Below, piece after piece: positions 50,483-63,854 of a DNA stretch of 64,000 nt. The position numbers were made by a program, and so were the translations under genes. The stretch is from Vicugna vicugna. Taxonomy: Eukaryota. Every line of letters starts with the position of its first letter. Within the stretch, counting starts at the first letter, position 1. The notes beneath the pieces were generated by a model. It was not told the origin of the DNA. It saw nothing but the letters and a program-made list of their open reading frames with translations, and made no database searches. The stretch covers positions 6,600,522 through 6,664,521 of the forward strand of contig MU058781.1 of the NCBI GenBank assembly GCA_013265495.1. The letters are read 5' to 3'.

Positions 50483-51694
50483 CTGGGGCAAGGAAGCAGA
50501 GCAGCGTGGGGTTAAAAGGCATCCCATGGACAAAACCGACCTCAGACAGAATGCACCCTACAGCATCTCCGGTGGGCAGCTCGGCTGCGACCACTGGGCC
50601 ATCTCTAGCAACAGGAAGCTCATTTCCAGAGCCAGTCCACTCCATCGCCTGCCCCTGTAATCATCCTGCCTTACTCTGAGCCAAATTTGTCTTTGTCCTT
50701 GCATTCTGGAGTCATCTTCATTCTTATCTTTCTTCTGCAGGACAGCCCATGAGCAGCGTAAAGGCAGTGATCATATTCTACCTGGAGTCATCTCTTTCCC
50801 CCCCTCCTGTATCCATTCACTTACTCACTTGATCAAACATCTGGCCTCAGGGGAACACCAAGAGAAAGTCTGGGCACTTACAGTCAAGTGGGGAAAGACA
50901 GAGAAGTAAAAACCCGGCACCAACAGTGTAGGCTAGCCACTGCAACAGAGGTGTGTGCGGGCTGTGATGGGGTAAATTTATTCACTCAACAAACGTTTAC
51001 CAAGAATTGAGTGTGTACCAGGAACTGCAGTAAGTGCTGTGTTTACAAAAGTGAACCAGGCAGACGTGGTCACTGGGCTCACGGGGTTTCTATTCTCTTG
51101 GGTGCAGAGAAAGGAGAATGGAACACACACGGGCTGGGAGCAGGGTGAGGGGGTGGGACCTATTCCAGGAGGAACGACAAATACAAAACAGCAAACTTAC
51201 AAGGGAACAGTTCCTTTAAAACCAGTTTTCTACCAAAAAGGGGGGAAAATATATATATACACATATATATATATAGAGAGAGAGAGAGCGAGCAAGCTCG
51301 TTTCCAGAACACCCTGGTGGTTCTCCGGGTTGGTGCTGGTAGGCAGTGCCTTTCTCACAGTCGGTGGCATAGAACTGAATTTAAGGACAGGAATGACCCT
51401 GAAATTTGCATTCTCAGAGTGCTGAAACTGGCCAAGTTATCTTTCATGACACAGGTGAAGGGTGTAGTGACTGGTGCCGTGAAGGTGACACATGCCGGGC
51501 AGTCTGCTGTCATCTAAAGAGTGAGGCTTATTTTTCAACATGACTCAGATCCAACTTCCACAGAGTAACTGGCCCTGGCACCAAGGACTTAAGAGAAATT
51601 AGTTGATGGTATCTGACAAGTAAGAGAAATACAGAGGAAAGACCAAGATTGGGGGTGGGGAGGAAATATGAGAAATCAGAAGATAAGAGTTCTT

Positions 51695-51812
51695 GGAGGA
51701 GGGCATAGCTCAGCGGTAGAGGGTGTGCTTAGCATGCATGAGGTCCTGGGTTCAATCTCCAGAACCTCCTTTAAATAAATAAGTAAAAATGTGTCCCCCT
51801 CTCCCCCCAAAA
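51695..51812 (+). mobile_element. Camelid tRNA-derived SINE
   Basis: tagctcagcggtagag...gggttcaatctcc; imperfect TSD aagata..gttctt. Confidence 0.88.
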
Positions 51813-52341
51813 AGATACGGTTCTTTTTTTGAATTTTTTTTTAGTGTAATTTCAGGGGATTGGTGGAACACTTAAAGCTCACCTGGACCCCTAGCTCTAG
51901 ACCCCCTAGCTAGGGACTCAGTGACTAGATCTCTTTGCCATCGGAGCTGTGCCTGTTTTTAACATGGGAAAAAGCAACTTAGCCCATTAGTTTCCTACAG
52001 AGAATGTTCGCACTGGGGTGACCACATGTGGAATGTGAGCTGTGTACTTACGTACCACAACTGGGAACCTATTTCCTGGGTTCACTTTGGGCAAAATGGC
52101 ATCCTGTTCTCAGCCTGTGCTAAGAGTCACACAAAACAACTCAGTATTTCAAGCCTGCATGTTATTGAAGGACACGCTAGGACACGCTAAAAATAATAAG
52201 GACACGCTACTAAATTTACAATGAAAAACATCAGTTGACGAATGGATAAAATTAAGAAGTTTGAACTTGAACAGTTTCTGAAATGCCTTAGGCCTACAAA
52301 AGGCCAATAAATTCAAATAACTGAAATTTTGTTCTTTTAAA

Positions 52342-52485
52342 GGGGGAGTTGGGGGAGGGAACAGCTTCCCTGTGTAGTGTGTATTTAGCATGCCTGTGGT
52401 CCTGGGTTCAATCCCCAGTACTTCCATTACAAATAGATAAACAAATAAACCTAATTACTTCTACCCCCTCCCCCCTCCAAAAAAT
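52342..52485 (+). mobile_element. Camelid tRNA-derived SINE (diverged)
   Basis: ttagcatgcctgtggtcctgggttcaatccccagtac...aaacctaattac. Confidence 0.8.
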
Positions 52486-52935
52486 GGGGGTGGGCGGAGA
52501 AAGGTGGGATGGTTAAGCTTATTTTCTTAGCATATTTTGGATTTCCAAAACAATCCTCCCAAGTTGTGTCTTGTAAAGACCACTTAGGGGCCAGGAAGAA
52601 GCTAGAGTGTACTACAAAGGTAAGAGATTAAAAGAGAAATAAATAGGGGGCACAGAGCTGAATCTGGTTTGCAAAAGATTTCTAAGTTGATTAAAACAAA
52701 GAAAATACTTGTGAACCACAAATTTAAAAAAAAAAGTGATAATAATCTTTTAAAACCATGACTTAATTTTCGTAGTTTCTACTGATACTAGTAGAGAAAA
52801 AAGAATGTGATCCTCATCCAACAGTTGGATCCTTCATCCAACTGTCTTGACCCACCTCAAGATCATAACCTACATCAAATTAAAAAAACAGAAAAACAAA
52901 CTTCAACCACTCCTCCGAGGCCGGCTTGTCCTTAC

Positions 52936-53085
52936 CTCCCCCTGCTGGCTGATGATGGGGACTGCATACTGAAGCTTCACATCACAGAAGAGACACTCCA
53001 AGAACACGTTAGCCACGCCAATTAGGTTGTGATTCTCTTGGGCTTCATAGAAAGGGTCACCTCGTTTCCCATACAGTCGTTTTGC
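52936..53085 (-). CDS. KIF13A: KIF13A exon ~20
   Basis: 150 nt; AKRLYGKRGDPFYEAQENHNLIGVANVFLECLFCDVKLQYAVPIISQQGE. Confidence 0.97.
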
Positions 53086-53190
53086 CTGAGTTGGTAGGAA
53101 AGAGGGGGGGAAGGCGGGAGGGGAGTAGAAAACGAAACATCAACTTACACAATGCTATGTAAAATCAGTATTTTAAAATGTTTTAAAAAT

Positions 53191-53305
53191 AATCCATTTA
53201 TTCAAATAAATTGAGAAGTAAAATTAGAATCCACTTACTCAAAGAAATTGAGAAGCAAAATTAGAATCCATTTATTCAAATAAATTGAGAAGTAGAATTA
53301 GAATC
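53191..53305. repeat. 37-bp tandem repeat, about 3.1 copies
   Basis: Unit aatccatttattcaaataaattgagaagtaaaattag starting at 53191, 53228 and 53265. Confidence 0.95.
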
Positions 53306-53932
53306 ACGTCACACAAATAAGTAAAATAAAACAAGCACCTGAGAGGGGCTTGGCAGTCGGGGACTACGTGATCTCCACAGGGAGAGCCCTTCGTGGGTTG
53401 CTGCCCCGTCTCCTCTGTCACACCCCACCTGTGTGGCTTCACTCCCGGTGCTTTGCCTCACTTCCTTCGCCGAGTCCTCTTTTCCATTACTAGTGCTCCC
53501 AAAATGGGCTGTGCTCCCTAAACTTACCCTCAGTCACCCACTCAGCCGTGGCCACAGCTAGGGGACCATGAACACATGGCAATGAGTACACAACCCAGGC
53601 CGGCTCCAACTAAGCTGATTTTTCACAGCACCAACAAGGCAGCACAAATCTACTCTGTCTACTTCATTGCACCTGAAATGTAGTAAAAATGCAGCCAGTG
53701 AGAACATGCTGTGGGTTCTCTTGTTTTAGTTCCTCTCTGTGTGGGGGTCACATGTCCTATGACTGACCCAGCTGATCCTCTCAAGATCACTTTCACTTTA
53801 CTTTTCTAATGTCAGTGTCCCAGGAACCATGACAGACATTCATGGATGCACATGCAGGTGTTCTGAGAATTAAATACTTATATGCTGTCCTTTGAACATG
53901 ACCAAAGCTCCTTCACACTTGGTCTGTTTTAC

Positions 53933-54073
53933 CTCAGGAACTCTTTCCTTCCATTCTTGATAAAGGTCTCTCATATCAATTAATTTATTTTCCAGCTTCT
54001 CAATGGTCCACACTTGGGTGCTCTTCCCTTTCCTCCTCACTTGAATAGCGGGCTCACTCACGATAGCTCCTCT
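53933..54073 (-). CDS. KIF13A: KIF13A exon ~19
   Basis: 141 nt; RGAIVSEPAIQVRRKGKSTQVWTIEKLENKLIDMRDLYQEWKERVPE. Confidence 0.97.
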
Positions 54074-54264
54074 CTGCAGAATGAAGGAAAACAAAAACAA
54101 AAAAACCAAAACAATCCTTGCTGTAACTTTTTGGATCGCTGAAGCAGTGTGTATGATCATAAAGCAGCAAGTATGAAAAAACACATGTATACAAAAGAAG
54201 ATGAAATTCTATCACCTAGGGAATATTCTGGTTTATTTTCAGTCTTCTATGTATACACACATAT

Positions 54265-54360
54265 TTTATTTATTTTTTTTAATGGAGGTACTGGGGATTG
54301 AACCCAGGATCTTGTGCATGCTAAGCACGTGCTCTCCCACTGAGCTATCCCTACCCTCCC
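54265..54360 (-). mobile_element. Camelid tRNA-derived SINE
   Basis: ggaggtactggggattgaacccagg...cactgagctat; flanked by acacat..tttt repeats. Confidence 0.88.
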
Positions 54361-55255
54361 AACACATTTTCTTTTTGTCACAATCAGAACCTAACAAAAA
54401 TATCCATTTCCTATCCCAAACCTCTCTCCACAGTTTTTATATTACGTTCACCTTGTTGTGTTGTTGAATAGTCTTCATAAACATGTTGTGTTGTTAAACA
54501 GTTTTCATAAACATAAGCAGTCCATTATTTGACTTATTATTCTACAGGTCAACATCATGGCTGTTTCAGATTTGTGGTGTTAATTACAAAGGCCACTACG
54601 GTAAGCATCCTTGTACAAAAGCACATAAATCTTCATGGACACTTCTATGAGTATGGATTTAGAACACAATTCTCAAAGGAGAACTACTGGGTCAAAAGAC
54701 TAAAATACAGGAGGAGATACCCTGACTCGTTCCTAGCTTGCTCGCTGGAGAGAAAAATGAATGGATGAAAAGTGACTTTTTCAAAGTTTCTCCTTAAAGG
54801 AAAAACTCTTCAAGTTGAGCTGATGGGAAACTTCCCAATGACTGAAAAGAATCCTTCTGTGTACATAAAACAGGTATCATACGAGGCTTTTTTTTTTTTG
54901 TAGAATTCACTCTTAGAAAAACACTGTTAACAGACACACATTCCCTATTTCAGGAGGCATTTATATGAAAGAGAAAAGCAGGAGGAATTCCTGATATATA
55001 TTTCTAGTTTCAGTGTTTTAAAGAAAGCACCTAAATTAGTCAGCCCTTCAGCGCCCAAATCCCCGTATTCTGATCATAACATATCTAAGGACATACGCGT
55101 GCGAGGAGGTCTGCAGAGGCAGTCTTAAAAAGAACGAACGCCCCGCTCACATCAGGGTCTCCTCGCGGGTGTTTTGTGAATGTCAGGTTTACATTTTACG
55201 TTACAGTAGCTACTGTTGTACCTCTTGCCGGCACTTTCTGTGAGAACATTCCTAC

Positions 55256-55418
55256 CTTTCTGTTGGCACTGAGGTTTGCAGCAGGGATCTGCAGAGTCAC
55301 CTGGTAGTCAGTGAGTTTGCTCATTTCCTCCGCTAAGAAGTTTGCCTCCCTCACCAAGGTATTAGCTTTGACCAGCTGCTCCCGCAGTTTTGCCAGGCTT
55401 TGGCGGAAGAGTTCATCC
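55256..55418 (-). CDS. KIF13A: KIF13A exon ~18
   Basis: 163 nt; DELFRQSLAKLREQLVKANTLVREANFLAEEMSKLTDYQVTLQIPAANLSANRK. Confidence 0.97.
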
Positions 55419-55674
55419 CTGGGGCATAGCACGAAAGGAAATGAGAACGTCCCAAAGAAAACTGCAATCCTGTTAATAAGTGAGTCCTATTTTTAGAAAG
55501 TGATAGAAAACTCCTTTCAAACGGTATTTTTCAACCTATTTCTGCCAATTCACCTCTTATCCTTCCCTCCTCCCAGCAGGGTTCTGGGGGCTATCCATTG
55601 GGAACCACGGACAAGGAGCAAACATGTGGGGTGACTTCATGAACAAACCATGTTTTAAATTATATAACATTTAA

Positions 55675-55975
55675 AACCAGAAATAGACTCATGGACATAG
55701 AAAACAAACTATGGTTACCAAAGAGGAAAGAGGGGGAGGGATAAATTAGGAGTTTGGGATTAACAGATACACACTACTATATATAAAACAGATAAACAAC
55801 AAGGACCTACTCTATAGCACAGGGAACTACAGTCAATCTCTTGTAATAAGCTATAATGGAAAAGAATATGAAAATATATGTGTATATATGTATGTATATG
55901 TATAACTGAATCACTTTGCTCTACACCTGAAATTAACATTGCAAATCACCTACACTTCAACAAAAAATAAGATTT
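55675..55975 (+). mobile_element. L1 3' end fragment
   Basis: gacatagaaaacaaactatggttaccaaag...gggataaattaggagtttgggattaacagatacacactac. Confidence 0.85.
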
Positions 55976-56512
55976 TTAAAAATACATTAAAAATAAATTA
56001 TGTAACATTTGAAAATGCCTAGATTTTGATATGATAATGCAAAAAATAAAATAAAATGAAGGAATCCCTTAGGAAAAATAAATGATTATGACTTTAGTGT
56101 GCTTTAGGGTGGGAAGCTGGGCAGGTGAAAGTCCTGGGTTTAGTGCAGAGAAAGTGTTTTATTTACCTGATTTCTTTGGTACTTCTGTGGCAGCAGAAGT
56201 TCTTTTTTTCAGCTCTATCCCATAGCATTTCGTGATAAAAGCTTCTCTAATATCCTGATTGGGTCCAAATCCTATTATATGTTTTCCCAGTCTAACATCT
56301 TTTGCCTCAGTAGCCCTCATCATAGCTATAATTTTTCATTTATCTGTATAATTATTTGACTAATAATGTCCATATCCTCTGCAAAGCTGTAAGCACCCCT
56401 AGGGCAGAGAACATGCCCTTTTTTTTTGCTTGTTGTTACACCTAATTTCTGGCCAAGCGCACGGCCCATCATAGGATATTCAAAAATTACCCACTGAATG
56501 AAAGAAAGAGTG

Positions 56513-56695
56513 CAGCTGAGCCCTGAACAACATGGGTTTGAACTGTGGTTCACTTACAGGTGGATTTTTTTTTCACTAAATACTGCAGGACCACGTGACC
56601 CGTGGGTTGGCTGAACCCATGGGTGTGGCACCTCGGATAGCGAGGGCTGACTGCAGAGTTGTACTCGGATTTTGCACTGTGCGGAGTGTCGGCAC
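56513..56695 (+). mobile_element. Tigger2-type fragment
   Basis: ccctgaacaacatgggtttgaactg...; same left end as 29957. Confidence 0.7.
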
Positions 56696-57415
56696 GCGGT
56701 AAATGCTCAAGAAATGGCAGGTGCTATTATTACTATAACACAGGAGTTGTTACTGTTTAGACAGATCCGGGTTCAAACCCTAGCCTTTTCATTTACTAAA
56801 TGGGTGACTGAGGGAGGATATTTAAACTGACTGTCCTACCTACAAGATGGGAATAGTATTTACTGTGGCTTGGTGCTGTTGGGAGCACTAAATAAAATAA
56901 GCACGATGCCAGGGCTGCGGTAAGAACACAAAGAACTCACCAATACTTTACTGCCCTTACTGCTGTTGGTACCTTTTCCTCCACCACTACCTCAGTTCTG
57001 ATATGTTCTAAAGTCATAAATCTAAAAAATTCACATTTTTTAGAAGATTTCTTAATGTTAATGTTGTATTTAGATGGACTCCAAAGTAAGAGAAATTAAA
57101 AAAAGAGAAATGCTTTTATACTGAGGAACGATTCAGATGCTCTCTACTTCCAAACCCAGCAGTGGTGTTCTAACACGCGGTACCATTCTTCCTGAAGGGT
57201 AAGGGGGCAGTGTGGCCTGCAACAACTAACATCCCAGTAAACACACTGGGACAGACAGCATCTCTGAAAGGAAAAGGCAATCGCTGACAATCTGGACAGG
57301 GGAGTAAGTTTCCTTCTTTGCTACGTCTGTCACCCTCCGATATGTCATGACGCCCGCCCCCAAGACCCCAAGGCCCCGAGGCCTTGACTCTGAATCCCGC
57401 GGGCCCCCTTCCTAC

Positions 57416-57629
57416 CTCTCCTCCGCCCACTGGGTCACCTTCTGCTGGGCCGTCTGGCTGCTGTAGGCCAGGCGGTCGGGGCCGCTGCTCTGGGGCTGCC
57501 TCTCCGGGGACAGCTGCTGGCGGAGCTGCTCCAGCTCCCGCTCGTACATGAGCCGCTGCTCCTCCAGGGCACTCCTCTTTTCTTCCAGGTACTGTTTCTC
57601 CAGCACCTGAACCACGTTTTGAACTGGGT
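57416..57629 (-). CDS. KIF13A: KIF13A exon ~17 (coiled coil)
   Basis: 214 nt; DPVQNVVQVLEKQYLEEKRSALEEQRLMYERELEQLRQQ...QWAEER; AG/GT boundaries. Confidence 0.97.
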
Positions 57630-58944
57630 CTGGAGCCAAGAGACAAGGCAAGGTGTCTTCAGTGCTTCTTCCAGCAAGAACCTTGTCCTTCCCCAGAACT
57701 GAGCCTTTCAGCATGCTTTCTGTGAGGGGCCTGAGGGGCCCGGTCAGATGGAATCCTCTCAATTTTCTTTTTCTTAACATCTTAGATAAATGCCCTGCAT
57801 GCAAACTTTCCCCACAGCTACTACGTGGCTTTCTTTAATTTGATGAGCTCATCCTAATGCTCAGACAGATCACTAATCTACAAAAAGCAGATGGCAGTGG
57901 AAAAGGGGATGGGATCCTACCCACTGAGACGAAAAACACGATAAAATCTAAGGCAACTTCCAAGAGAGAGCCACACAAGATTTGATTTTTATGGTAGTCA
58001 ATTTTTATGCTCATGTAGCACTGGTTTTCATACATAGCAAAGGGTTTATTTTTCTGATTTTAACCACAAATTTATTACTCTTGGATTTCTCTAATGTGGG
58101 AGGAAAATTACAGATCACTGCATATGTTTGAAAACATGGATTAAGTATATGGTATGGCAATTTCTCAGGTGTTAACATCCGAGAGGGCAATCAATTCACT
58201 TGCAAAAATAAAAGGCTATTGCTGATTTTTCTCTTCTGCAGATTTAGAGATCACCAACATACACGTGAGTGAAGAGGTATTAGAAATACTAACAGATCTT
58301 GCTCAAAGAGGCCAGGATTATGACTAGTGGTGGTTGCAGTGTAGGCAGGACTCAATCCTAAAGAGCCGACTGGCTGTGGCAGGACATTATCTTGGTGAAG
58401 ACCAATGACTTAGATGCCCTGGAGAAAAGTTAAGGAAGGCAGTGACACATGTACAAAAGGAAAAGTTACTGACACCTCTAATTGAGTAGTCTGCAGGGAA
58501 ACAGTGTATTAGACAATCTGGATGGTACACAAGGAAATCACCATAACAGCAAATACTTCCCCAAAATGGGACCTTGAGGAGTTGTGTTCATACTCTCAGA
58601 CCAGCCTGGGAGTCACACATTTGCCTGTTATTCGGTGCTATTTGTGTTGTAGTCCTACATACTGAATCTCGGTTTAATTTACAAGACAAGAGTGGGAAAT
58701 TAAGGTAAGAGGAATTTTTTTCAACACCTGTTGATGGCTATTGACTGACTTTACCAGAAGACCCCATCAATTTGTGAAATAAACATGTAAATTGTACCAG
58801 CTTGATATAATGAAAAGAGGGGAAAAAATAGCATGTTAGGTTTAAAAAGATAAGGTTAAATAATACAAAACAGAGTAGAAAGCAATTTTTAAGAAAATCA
58901 CTAGGGATGCATAGTATAGGTGAGTTGTTTTAATAAAAATGACA

Positions 58945-59155
58945 ACAATGGCAATAATAATCCAACTAGCTCCCGTATCCCAGGTGGAGCACCGTATGCT
59001 TTGCATGCATCATCTCATAAAAGCCTTGCAACAAAACTACGGGCGGACATCCTTCTCATTTTAAAGATGAGACAACTGGGGCTCAGAAAGGTTAAGCAGC
59101 TGGCCTAAGACTGCACAGCTAATAAGCAACAGAGTGGGATTTTGAACTCAGATCA
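58945..59155 (-). mobile_element. MIR SINE
   Basis: cattttaaagatgagacaactggggctcagaaaggttaagcagctggcctaag, the MIR core in reverse. Confidence 0.75.
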
Positions 59156-62100
59156 GTGCCGGAGTAGATGAACTTAGAAATAAATTGATGCAGTACTCTC
59201 ACCTCCAGTGGTTTCCTCAGAATTAGTACTCTCTGAAAGAGTACATTAAAAAAACAAAAACACTGTTCTTGTTGATATAAAATTCTAAAATTCATTATTT
59301 TTCCAAAGCAGAACAGTTTTCTTCATAGAGTCCTGACATAGAGTTCCTGAAATGTGTTACCTGACAGGCCAATGGAAAATGGACTCCTAAAACAAACCCT
59401 TTATACAGAGGCAGACCCTGTGTGGGTAAGAGCTTTTCCATACAGTGAAAATCAATATACTCCAAAGCAGTAGACCTTCTGACACAGCCCTATGACTTCT
59501 GAAAAAAAGATGAATAATACCGTGAACTTTTTTGGAGGAGATCAAAGAAATTTTACATATAAGGGCTAGAGAAGAAAAATTCTCTCAGAATTAAAAAATA
59601 TATATGTTTCTCAAACAGTATTCTTTTCTCTATTTAGGCTCTAGGTTTAAAAAAGAAAAGACAGGGTCCTCACCATCCACCTATATTTAAAAGAGCCATA
59701 TTTTCAAGGGCCCTACCTAAGTGTTTATCAATCTTTTCCAGAGAGAGAAAACTGGAAGACACATCAATTTTTTAAACAGAATTACATTCTAGGGTTTTTG
59801 GCAAAAGACACTGGACAAGATGTTCAATCGTTATTTCCACCTGTTAGTCGATGGTGTGTAGAAACACACGTGACTGCACGTGGCTGAGACAGGGGTTCCA
59901 CGCCAACAGACACAACGTAACTGAGGCTTTTATAAACTGCTTTAGCAGCTGCCTCAACAGAGCAACCCTACTACTTGCCAGGCTTCACCAATGGCCACAG
60001 ATTTGCAAGAGAGAGCAGCTCGAGCATCGCTCCCCGAACCCGCCACAGACCAGCCTGGGAAGCCCTGCCTGGGGACCCGGGTCTGGCCACGCTGTACACA
60101 GCCCGGCAGAGGTACAGGGGCTGAGGTTTCCCTCCCCACCCCGATCTCACCACAAGTCTGGAAACACCTTTCTCTTAGACATGTTTGATAACATTTTCTT
60201 TTCAAATTAACTAACCATTAATTAGCCAGTTCCTGGCCTTTATCACTATACAGCATATCCTAAAAAAGATCATCCTACTCACCAAGTCAATCTGACTCTG
60301 ATACCACCTAGGACAGAAGCTGAAGATGACGTGGCCTGTTCTCAAACAACCAATGAACTATCAAGACAGTGTCTACAGTCTCATTTTTCTCCCTATTGAA
60401 TGAACTGTTTTGAAACTCAGTGAGCCTGGTGCCTCAGGTCAAGATACCAAAGAGGTAGGTATTTCAGGACAAGAGAAAGGATCCCATTTACTTTGGGCAA
60501 AGCATTTTCTCTTTCTTCCGTAGTTTATTTTTACCTGGTATGGAACTATGCAATGAGCTCAAACTTACTCATCTGTCCTGAGAATGGAAAAAAGAGAGGG
60601 TGATGGTGTAGAGGCTGAAGGGCATTTATGTGATACAGAGAATTAGAATTAATTCATACCAAGATGCCCAAGGCACTAAATTAAAGGGAAGTAGGTCCTC
60701 TGGGGTAAAAAGAACCCTTTAATCCCAGATGGAATAATCCTAGGATCCCTCACCAACCAGCCCCTTAGGTGCTCTTTACTTCAGAGCTGCCACTGACTCT
60801 GTGAAAATAGCTGACTGTCTGATTCCCATTTGAGCCTCCGGGAATAACGCATTAAGGTCTACAGATACCAGGTTTGCTTTTACTCTTAATTCAAACGAAT
60901 TGGGTTTTAGATCGTTATCTACTCTAGAGATTTGAAAATCCATGATCCGAGTCTATTACCGGGATAATGCAGGTGCATATTTATCCACCAGCACTCTGTT
61001 CTGAACTGTTGTGCTGTCGACAGCAACACAGCCGTCAGTAAGAGTAGTAATAATAGCAGGGACACTTTTGTGCTGTTGGACGCAAGGGGGTAAAGAATGG
61101 CCACTAGATTTTCACCACTGGGAAGGCAATGGAGCTGGAACGTGGGGACGAGGGGTCATAACTGGAAAGGGAACGTTCCCCAATCAAGAATTCAGAGCAC
61201 CTCTGTCAGGCAGAAAACATCAGCTTCTTCCCAATCACGTTAGTTAGATTTTGTCAAAGCACGTAGCACAGGCACCCATCAGCAGCACTGCTACAACCCA
61301 GCCACGCTCCGCCATGCCAACGCCAATCGCTTAAAACCTTTATCCCACTGTTTGTGCAGGAGCTTCGTCTGAAACCACATGAGAGGGAAGAGAATCTTCA
61401 AATAGGACCACCAAGGGGATGACCACCAGGCAGACAGGCTGATCATCGGGAAGCCACCTAGCAGCAGAGGTGAAGCACGTGAACACTGTCGGGCCACCAG
61501 CATTTCAGCATCGTTATCAGAGAACATCTGTGTGCCCCACAGGGCAGCTCCATTTAGCAGTGAGATTGGATAAAGTATAGGAAAGAGGGAAACATTACTT
61601 TGAAATAGAGAAAGTCAACACTGGAGAGCAAGGCCTGATCTGGAACACAAATGGTTAACTCATGTCAACACCATGAGCCAGGCCACCAATGACTAACTGC
61701 CTGATAAGAAGACCAGAGGAATTAACAAATATTAAATACTCCCTGGTTATTCAGGGGGTTAATATGTATATATACATATGATAATGGGGTAGCAATTGGA
61801 GAAAATCAGAAATCTGTGAAGTGGGATGATACGCGATTAAATGGATGCCACCAGCATACTCTGCAGAGTTAGAGAATCTTGTAATCTCATCTGAAGAAGT
61901 AAGCTCTCTTCCAGTGGACATTCCTCCGCCTGGAGTTTGGAGCCTGCACCCTCTCGTCACACCCTGTATCCATTTGGGCTTCCAAAAAACCACTTACAGG
62001 TGACGCTGTTAAATGGCCCACTAATGTGATTCTGACATCTGAACACCACTTGGGAAGGTCTGTCGGGATTCCTCCCAACTCGGTAAGAGTGGACTGAAGC

Positions 62101-63501
62101 CTGAGTGCCAGCTGTGGTCCACCCTCTGCTGCACTGTCAAAAGGTCCAGTAGCTAATCGTAATTCCTATTCTTAGTGATGTTCTTTTTTGTTGCTATTCT
62201 ATGCCCTTCATATAAATACATCATGCTTGTTTTTCCTTCTGGCCTTCTCTTCATACTTCATCTTTATAATTAAAGGGGGGGGGCGGTCCTTGAGACTAAA
62301 AATCCAGAAATAGGGATAAATAAAAAGGTCAACATCTTTATTCCTGCAACAGAATCCCCGATTTGATCTGACTGACAGTCCTCCAGCCACGCTCAAATTC
62401 TTCTCACACGGGCTTGTTCAAAGAGTAGAGCGAGAAAATAAATGTTTAAGGAAAAGGCTCAACTGTGAAAATCAAAATTATCTCCTAGCTTCCCAACAGG
62501 CAGAGGCTGGCTACCTCAGGGATCTCAGGGCTCCGGAGGCCCTCCCTGCTGTAAGTTAGGGATGCTTAGGTATTCTGGGTATCCAAGGAACAGATGAATA
62601 GGGAAGTGAGGTGGGACAAAGTCCAGAAACTAACTTTCTCAGGTGCTCCAGGATCTTGCCTCAACTATATCCTTGTGAAATAGTTCTGGTCCCAGGAATG
62701 CTGTCTTGTGCCTGTGACCTGGGGAACTTTCCTGTCTTGTTTCTGGTTCCCAGGCACAAGCCTGGAGATGAGGATGCTGGGAGATGGGAAAAGGAAAGGA
62801 CAGACTTACAAACTAGCAAGCAAGGAAAACACTGGTGTGTATTTTACTTCATGCATGTAAGTGTGTATGAAGAGGTAAAGGATTTCCTTTTAGACACAGA
62901 GAGGAAGAACTTTAATACGAACACAGGAAAACTTCTGAAAAGAGGGATCTAGAAATAATGCTTTAAGGAGCATCTCTACCTTAAAGATCAGAGACAGGTT
63001 CAAGTGTAGGTCAGGCAAAGAGCCTATAAAGTCTTTCATTCCAGCTATCATGTTTGTAAAAGGGACCTGGGCTTATTAAATAGGTCTCTTTGGCGGCATA
63101 ATTTCAACTGAGTTTATGGTAAAATGCGACTTTTATCTTCCCATTAGATTCTGTTTGAAATTCCTCAAGTCATACGCTAAAGAATTCAGAAATGATAAGC
63201 TCAAAAATGGGACATTTGAAAAGGAATTCCATCACAGTCATTCTGTACTCTAGGACCATGGAAACATTGCCACAGCCAGCTCGAGAACACAAGGTGTCAT
63301 GGAAGTGACCACCCACTCTCTGACTATACCTGAGGAAGCAGATCAGGCCCTGGGGTATTTTCATTAGCTCCTTGACAATAACCTTCCTAAGAAATTAGCA
63401 ATTTTACATGTCTAAGTTTCAGAATAATATGCTGACCCCTTACTGAATGGTGTGCGGTAAGGAAGTGCCCAAGATGGAGGAATCCAGAGTTAGGGTCTTA
63501 C

Positions 63502-63668
63502 CGTTACTATTCAGCGTTTTCATGATAACTTCCATCTGTGCAAATTCATAGTTGTAGTCTGGTTCCGAGGAAGCTTCACTGGCTGCATCCAGGTCATGCT
63601 CTAGGGGGCCCGCTTCTTTCTCAAAGTCTTTCAACCAATCTCGCCGTTTCCTCTTAGGCAAATTAATT
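63502..63668 (-). CDS. KIF13A: KIF13A exon ~16
   Basis: 167 nt; INLPKRKRRDWLKDFEKE...DYNYEFAQMEVIMKTLNSN; AG/GT boundaries; 99-nt upstream intron; phases match neighbours. Confidence 0.97.
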
Positions 63669-63767
63669 CTGTAGGGTTTTTCGCCATTAGAGAACATCAA
63701 CGTGGTGTACGCTCAGATAACACAAAAGACGTATCAGTGAAAATATGAGCGACCACAAAGCTGTTAC

Positions 63768-63854
63768 CTGAAGAAGTGGTTATTTCCCCACAGGATTCTG
63801 TCCCCGTGCCAGAGCTGGGTGGTGCTGCACACGAGGGTGCCGTTTACACAAGAC
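63768..63854 (-). CDS. KIF13A: KIF13A coding exon (~exon 15), FHA domain C-terminal part
   Basis: 87 nt with cag|...|gtaa boundaries; translates (R)SCVNGTLVCSTTQLWHGDRILWGNNHFF(R), the kinesin-3 FHA signature. The gene continues beyond the window end. Confidence 0.97.

Noticed and set aside
52170..52209. Three copies of GGACACGCTA
   Set aside because: Best explained as a local slippage duplication; no functional context.
53191..53305. 37-bp repeats of CRISPR-like length
   Set aside because: The units are head-to-tail with no spacers, inside a mammalian intron.
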